From Octopus vulgaris (Eukaryota): a stretch of 64,000 nt of DNA. Position numbers and translations under genes: made by a program. How positions within the stretch are numbered: position 1 is the stretch's first letter; each line of letters opens with the position of its first letter. The notes under the pieces were generated by a model, which was not told where the DNA came from, did no database searches, and saw nothing but the letters and a program-made list of their open reading frames with translations. Location: positions 51,336,001-51,400,000 of the forward strand of contig OX597830.1 in assembly GCA_951406725.2 (NCBI GenBank), in the 5' to 3' direction. This document shows, in pieces, positions 55,401 to 64,000 of the stretch.

Positions 55401-58400
55401 ACAATAAAACCTACATCGGAACCAAAAACAACCACACCACAACCAACTCAAATGACTACAGAAAGAGCAACAACCACATCAAAACCATCATCAACAACAC
55501 AGCCAGAAACAACTGCACCAAAACCCACAACAACCACAAGAAAACCAGCAACCACCACAAAAGGACCAACAACAACAGAGACAGAACCAGCGACAACCAT
55601 AACAGAACAATCAACAACCACGCCAAAACCAACAACCACAACAGAACCAACAGCAACTAGAACAATCACCAAATTAACCACAACAGTACCAACAAGGCCG
55701 ACAGAAAAAACAACAAACACAATAGAACCAACAACAATCACAACAGAACAGACAACAGCCAAAGCAGAACCAACACTACCTACAACAGAGGCAGCAACAA
55801 CCACAACAAAACCAACAACAACCACTACAGAACCAAAACTGACCACAAGAGAACCAACACCAACCACAACAAAATCAGCGACAACCACTACAGAACCAAT
55901 AATAACAACAACAAAACGAACACCTCACTCAACAGAACCAACAACAATCACTGCAGAACCAACAACAACTTCAACAAAACTCACAACAACCAGAATAGAG
56001 CCGACAACAGACACAACAAAACCAAGAACGACCATAGCAGAACCAACAACAACCACCATACAACCAACAACACCCGCTACAGAAACAACAACCACAACAA
56101 AACCAACAGCAACTACAACTCAAACAACAACCACAACAGAACCAACAACAATCACTACAGAACCAACAACCACAACAGAACCAACAGCAACTACAACTCA
56201 AACAACAACCACAACAGAACCAACAACAACCACTACAGAACCAACAACCACAACAAAACCAACAGCAACTACAACTCAAACAACAACCACAACAGAACCA
56301 AAAACAACCACTACAGAACCAACAACCACAACAAAACCAACAGCAACTACAACTCAAACAACAACCACAACAGAACCAACAACAACCACTACAGAACCAA
56401 CAACCACAACAGAACCAGCAACAACTACAACAGAAACAAGAACATCAACTACAGAAACAACAACAACAACAGAACCAACAACATCCACAGAAACAACAAC
56501 AACAACAGAACCAACAACAACCACAACAGAAACAACAACAACACAACAAAACCAACAACACCCACTGCAGAACCAACAACAACCACAACAGAACTAACGA
56601 CACGCACTACAGTACCAGCAACAAACACAACAAAACCAACTACAACTGCAATAGAACCAACAACAACCATGACAGAACCAATAACCACAATTAAATCATC
56701 GATAACTACTAAAGAACCATCAACAAAACCAACAGCAACCACAACAGAAACAACAACAATAACGACAGCAGAAACAACAGCAACCACAAGAAAACCAAGA
56801 ACAACAACAATCACAACAGAAACAACTACAATGACAACAAAGCCAACAACAATCACAACAAAACTGAGAACAACAACAACAGAACCAACAACAACCATCA
56901 CAGAACCAATAACCACAATAAAAACAACAACAACGACAACAGAACCAAATACAATCACAACAAAACCAACAACAACAACTACAACTGAACCAATAATTAC
57001 AACACAAACAACACCCACAACTGACTCAACAACTACAACAACACTATCATCCACAACAGGACCAACAGCCACAACAAAACCAACAACCACAACAATACCA
57101 ATATCAACAATAGAACCAACAATCACACCGGAAACAACAACCACAACAAAGCCGACAACCACAACACAACCAACAACCACAACACAACCAACAACCACAA
57201 CACAGCCAACAACCACAGGAAAACCAATAATAATCAATACAGAGCCAGCAACAATCATAACAACAACCACAACAAAACCAACATCTCTCACTACAAAAGA
57301 ACCAACAACAACTACTACAGTAACAGACACAACAAAACCAAGAATAACCATAGAAAAACCAACAACAACCACTGCACAACCAACAACAACCACAACTACA
57401 GAACCTACAACCACATCACAACCAACAACAATCACAACAGAACCATCAAAAATCACAACTACCACAACAAATCCACCAACTCCCACTACAGTACCAACAA
57501 GAACCACAACGAAACCAACAGCTCCCACTACAGTACCAATAACAACCACAACAAAACCAACAACAACCACAAAAGAACTAACGACACACACTACAGTACC
57601 AACAATAATCACAACAAAAACAACTACAACTAAAATAGAACCACCATCCACAACAAAACAAAAAGCAACCTCTACTGAACCAACAATAGCTACAACAAAA
57701 CAAAATACAGCCGCTATAGAATCAACAACAACCAAAACAAAACCGACAACAACAACAACAGTGCCTATAACCACCATAAAACGAACAATAATCCCTGCAG
57801 AACCAACAACAATCACAACAAAATCAAAAACAACTACAATAGAACTAGCAAAGACCACAACAGAACCAACAACAACCACTACAGAACCAATAACCACAAT
57901 AAAACCAATAATAATCAATACAGAGCCAACAACAACCACAACAATATCCACAACAGAACCAACGACTCTCACTACAACAGAACCAAATATGACCACAACA
58001 GAACCAAAAACAACTACTACAGAACCTATAACAGCCACAACAAAACCAAGAACAACCACCATGCAACCAACAACACCCACTACAGAACCAAAAATCACAA
58101 CAGAACCAACAACCACAACAGAACCTAGAACACCCATTATATTATCAACAACCACAACAAAACCAACAATTACCACAACGGAACCGACAACACCACAACG
58201 GAACCAACAACAACCAGAACAGAACCAACAACAACAACAGAACCAGCAACAACCACAACAGAACCAAGAATCACATCAAAATCAACAGCAATCACAACGG
58301 AACCATCAATAATCACAACAGCAACCACAACAAAACCAACAACTCCCACTACAGTTCCAACAAGAACCACAACGAAACCAACAGCAACCTCAACAGAACC

Positions 58401-61400
58401 AACAACAACCATAACAAAACAAATAACAAGCACTGCAGAACCACCAACAACAACAACAAAACTAACGACAGGCACTACAGTACCAACAACAATTACAATA
58501 GAGCCAACAACCACAACAGAACCAAAAATACCCTCTACAGAACAAACAACATCTGCAACAGAACAAAAAACAACTACAACGGAACAAACAACAACTACAG
58601 AACCAAGAATGACCACTACAGAACCAACAACAATCACAACAAAACCAACAACAACGACAACAAAATCAACAACATCCACAACAAAACCAACAGCAACCAT
58701 AACAGAACCAACGGCCACACTAAAACCAAACATGACCACTACAGAGCCAACAAAAATCGCAACAACCACAACAAAACCAACAACAGCCACAACGGAAGCA
58801 ATAACCACAATAAGACCAAAAATAATCACTACAGAATCGAAAACAATCGCAACAAAACCAACAACCAAGACAACAAAAAGAACAGCAACAACAAAACCAA
58901 CAACAACCACAACAGAGCTAATAATAACAGGAACAAAACGAAGAAATCCCTCTACAGAATCAACAACAACCACAACAGAACCAACTATAAACCTTACAGA
59001 ACCAACAACAACCACAGCAGAGTCAAAAACAACAACAGAATCAACAACAACCACAACAGAACCAATAACCACAATAAAACCAACACTAATCACAACAGAA
59101 CCAGCAACAACTACAACACGACCAACGACACCAACATCAGAACCAATTACCACAATAAAAGAATCAATAACCACTACAGAACCAACAACAATCACAACAA
59201 CAACCACAAGACCAACAACAGCCATAACAGAACCAATAACCACGACAAAACCAAAAACAGCCTCTACAGAACCAACAACGACCACAACAAAGCCAAGAAC
59301 AACCACAAAAGAACCAACAACAACAACAACAAAACCAGCAACAACCATAACAGAGCCAATGACCACAATAAAACCAACAATGGCCACTACAGAACCAACA
59401 ACAATCATAACAGAACCAACAACAGCCACAATAAAAACAACAACAACTACAACAAAACCAGCAACAACCACAACAGAACAAACAACAACCACAACAGAAC
59501 CAACAACAACCACAGCAAAACCAACAACAACCAAAAGAGAACCAATAACAACCACAACAGAACAAGCAACAATCACAACAAATCCAACAACAACCACTAC
59601 AGAACCAACAACAACCACAACAGAACCAACAACAACCAAAAGAGAACCAATAACAACCACAATTGAACAAGCAACAACCACTACAGAACCAACAACAACC
59701 ACAACAGAACCAACAACAACCACAGCAGAACCAACAACAACCACAACAGAACCAACAACAATCCCACCAGAACCAACAACAACCACAGCAGAACCAACAA
59801 CAACCACAACAAATCCAACAGCAACCACAACAGAAGGAACAACAACCACAACAGAACAAATAACAACCACAACAGAACCACCACCAACAACAACAGAACC
59901 ACCAACAACCACTACAGAAACAACAACAACCACAGCAGGACCAACCACAACCACAACAGAACCACCAACAACCACTACAGAACAAACAAGCTCAATAAAA
60001 CCAACAACAGCCACAACAGAACCAAGAACTTCTACTACTACAGAATCAACAACGACTACAACAGAACCAACCACTACTACGGAACCAACAACACCCACTA
60101 CAGAAACCAAAACAATAACTGCAGAACCAACAACAACCATTACGGAGCCAAGAACAATCACAACAATACCAACAACAACCACAACAAAACTAACCACACC
60201 AAGTAAAGAACCAACGATGATCACAACAGAACCAACAACAACAAATACACAACCAACTACAGCCACAGTAAAAGCAGCAACGACCACAACAGAACCAACA
60301 ACAACCACTACTGAAGCAACAACAACCACAGCAAAACCAACAACAATAACAACAGGATCACCAACTCCCACTACAAAAGCAAGAACAACTACAACAAAAC
60401 CAACAAGCAGCACAGGAGAACCAACAACAACCATGTCAAAGCCAACAGCAACCATAACAGAACCAACAACACTCAATACACAACCAACAACATCCTCAAA
60501 ACTGCCAACAACAGCAACAACCGCGACAGAACGAGTAACAACGGAACCAACAACAGCCACAGCAGAACCTCCAACTGGCACGACAAAGCTAACAACAACA
60601 ACAACCGCAAATGAACCAAAAACAACACCACTAAATCCAACAACAACTGAACCAAAACCACTTGTAGCAACAATAGAACCAATAACAACCACACGAAAAC
60701 GAACAACCACAGCAGAACCAACAATAACAGAGCCAACAATAACCACGCCAAAACCAATAACCACAACAGAAGCAACAACGACCACAACAGAACCAAGAAA
60801 TACCACAACCAAGTCAACAACAGCTGCACCAAAACCTACCATAACCACAGTAGAACCAACACCAACCACAACTGAACGAAGAACAACCATAACAAGACCA
60901 TCAGCTACAGCCACAACTCAGGAAACAACACTAAAACCAATAACAACCGCAACTATCATGAGAGGACCAGCAACCACCAGAACACAACCAACAACAATCA
61001 CAACAGTACCAACAACAACTACAACTGAACCAATTAGCACCACAACAAAATCAGCAACAACTACAACAGTTCCAGCAACTACGGCAACAACAACAACAAC
61101 AATAAACCCCACAACAGTACCAATGACAACAACAAACCCCACCACAGTTGCAACAGAACCAACAACAAACACAATGCAGCCAACAACAATCACCACCGAA
61201 CCAACAACGATTACATTAGAATCAGCAACTACCGCGAGAAAACTAACAACAACTGAATCAAAACCAACAACAACCATATCACATCCAACAACGTCTGAAT
61301 CAAAACCAATAGCAACCACAACAGAACCAGCAACAACCACAATCGAACCAAAAACAACAACAGAATCAGAAGCAACTGCACCAAAACTAACAACAACTAT

Positions 61401-64000
61401 ATCAAATCCAACAGCCTCAACAAAACCAACAACCACCACAGAACCGACAAGAACGACAAGAGAACCAACATCCATAACAGAAGCAACAACAACCAAATCA
61501 GAACCTACTACATCTGTACCTGGACCAACAACAACAGAACCAGCAACAGCCTCACCAGGAGTTAAAACAACTGCAGCAGAACCGACATTGTCAAAAGCAG
61601 AAACAACAGATACCACTCCAGAACAAACAACAACCAAGCTGGATCCTACAACAACAAAGGCAGGACCAACAACAACCAGACCAGAACCAACAACAATTAC
61701 ACCAGAAGCGTCAACAACCACATCAGTAGAAGCAACAAACAAAATAGGACCAATTAGAACATCCTCAGAGGAATCAGCAATATCAACACTTGATCTAACA
61801 ACAACCACAACAAATCCAACAACAACACCAGCACAACAAACAACAGCCACACCAGGACTATCAATAACCTCAATCACAACAGAATCAACAACGACAATAG
61901 AACAAGGAACAAGCACAATAGAACCAACAACAGACATAACACTATCGACAACCACACCAGATCAATTAATATTTACTCATGTACCAACAACAACAAAGGC
62001 CCCAAGAACATCACCACAAACATCAACAACCACACCAGAATCTACAACTACAAAAACAATACAAACCACAACTCATCCATCCATAACCACGGCAGAACCA
62101 ACAACCACAACAGGACCAACACCAACAACTACAATCTCAACAACAACAACAAACACAAGTTCACCAATAATAACCACAAAAGTACCAACACACACAGCAA
62201 CAGAACCAACTATAACATCACCAAGAACAATTACCACAGCAGAACCGGTATCAAGCACAACAAATCCAACATTATCATCCATACAAGAACCAACAACAAC
62301 TACAAGAGATCGAACCACAACCACAACACAAGCAACATCAACCAAGGCAACACCAATTCCAGCAACCACAACTGAACCAGCAATAACAACAACGTTTCCA
62401 ACAACGACCACTACTACACCAACAACGATAACCACCAAATTACAAACAAGAACAGCAACAATGCAAACAATAGCAACATCACCACCAACCACAACAGCAT
62501 CACAACAAGCAACAACAAATACAAAAGCACCAACATCAACATCAATAGAAACAACATCGTCCGAAACATCCCCAATTACATCCACAAAAGAACCTTTATC
62601 AAGCACAATAGAACCAGTAATAGCAACTACAACTTTACCAACAACAATAAAACCAGCAACAACAGCCACACATTTATCTACAGAGACAATACCATCAACA
62701 ACAATTAGTACTACTAAGCCAAGAATAAGGACAATGGAAGGGACAACAAGAGCTGAATCAACAACTGCAACACTACCAGCAACAACAACAGAACTAACAT
62801 TTACCAAGCGAACAGGAACAAGAACAAGAACAACGGTGCCGACAGTAACAGCAGAAACAACAACAGCAACAACAGGAGCAATGAAAACCGCCGCAGATCT
62901 AAATACGATAACCACAAAAGAGCAAGTAACTTCAACCAAGGCAACAGCTACAACCGAATCACCACTAGAAACAACTACAACACAAACAAAAACAACACCC
63001 ACAACCGGAATCGAACCAACAACAACCACAACAGCCCCACTACCAAGAACAGCAACGAAACCAACTCTAACGACTACAATAGAACCAAAAATAACAATAC
63101 CAACAACAACCAAAACATCACCAGCATCAATAGCCACAGCAATAAATGTAACTACAACAGAACCGTCAACAACCACAGAAACAGTAACATCAGCTACAAC
63201 AAGCGCAACAACAATCATTACAGAACCGACAACAACGACAAGAGCACCAAAAACAACCACACCAGTAACTACAACAACCGCAACAGAGCCACCAACTACA
63301 TCTCCATCAAGAACAACGAAAACAGTACCAACAACCACTACAAAGGAACCATTAACAACATCTCAGACAACAAACACAGTAGTACCAACAACAACAACAA
63401 CTACTGGACCAACAACAATCACAACAGAACCAACAGCTGTCAACACGGCATCAGCAATTACTACAGAATCAACAGCGACCACAGCAGAAACGAGAACGAT
63501 ACCATCAACAACCACAATACCACCGACAACGACAACCACTACAAAACCAAAAACAGCCACAACAGAACCAAAAACAACCACAACAGAAGCATCAACAACA
63601 ACCGCATCAGAACAAACAATTATCAGAACAGTACTAACATCATCAATCACAACAGAGCCAAAAGCATCCCCGACAGAATCAACAGCAACGACTATTACAG
63701 GGGCGACAAAAAGCAACACAACACCAACTACTCCCAGAAGCACAACTACAAGCGAACCAACAACCACCGCAACAGAAACCCCAACAACATCAGTTCCAAC
63801 CACAGCCAAACTAGAACCAACAACAGCATTGCCACGAACAACAAGCAAAATTCAACAGACAACAACTGCAATGGAACCCACAATAACAGCATTTCTACGA
63901 ACAACAACCACCTCACAACCAATATCGACCAGAAGGTCGGAAACACCAATACAAACCATTGAACTAACAACAACACCAAGTGCAGCAACAACATCAACCG
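46445..64000 (+). CDS. Giant PTS (Thr/Pro/Ser-rich) mucin-like glycoprotein exon, 3'-incomplete, four apparent frameshifts
   Basis: Acceptor ttttttatttaatatag| at 46444. ORFs 46450-54519, 54732-56597 and 56669-58312, plus an apparently open frame from ~58190 to the window end, all encode continuous (E/K)PTTTT-type sequence. Frame breaks at ~54470, ~54510, ~56543 and ~58190. No microsatellites or TEs over 17.5 kb, unlike the flanking DNA. Confidence 0.9.
48973..49435 (+). repeat. Coding tandem repeat, 105 bp / 35 aa unit (ATTQPDITIATKQPHTTTITQPEITTDTTQHHTTT), ~4.3 copies
   Basis: Read directly in the translated ORF; copies nearly identical. Confidence 0.85.
49900..50320 (+). repeat. Coding minisatellite, 21-bp unit ACAACAGCAACCACAGTACCA (TTATTVP) with 12-bp TTVP variants
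   Basis: Near-perfect tandem copies; all length variants preserve frame. Confidence 0.9.

Noticed and set aside
49890-63997. Long minus-strand Val/Gly-rich ORFs (1533, 914, 575 aa etc.) and Cys/Trp-rich ORFs
   Set aside because: Antisense shadows of ACA/ACC/CCA-rich mucin codons, which rarely create stops on the other strand.

Overview
AT-rich, microsatellite-saturated animal genomic DNA. The SINE families and (TA)n/(CA)n/(CATA)n load look like a coleoid cephalopod, probably Octopus (inferred from repeat style only). Bases 1-44.6 kb hold no credible host coding exon. They contain tRNA-derived SINEs, mariner/pogo/Helitron relics, R4/Dong-like LINE ends and many Penelope-like element (PLE) relics. 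Several PLE-type ends are (TA)n-flanked hairpins or tandem/inverted arrays carrying type I hammerhead ribozyme motifs. The best examples are a 1.8-kb retrozyme-like array at 23721-25528 with four hammerheads, and single hammerheads at 10694-10786 and 43398-43441. From 44.7 kb a + strand gene encodes a giant secretory-pathway Thr/Pro-rich mucin. A signal-peptide exon (ATG 44687-44744) splices in frame to one exon of at least 17.5 kb (46445 to beyond 64000, about 5,850 codons), broken by four 1-2 nt frameshifts that are probably assembly errors. Nearly all other ORFs in the supplied track are microsatellite or antisense artefacts. All calls were made by eye; no alignment or folding program was run.
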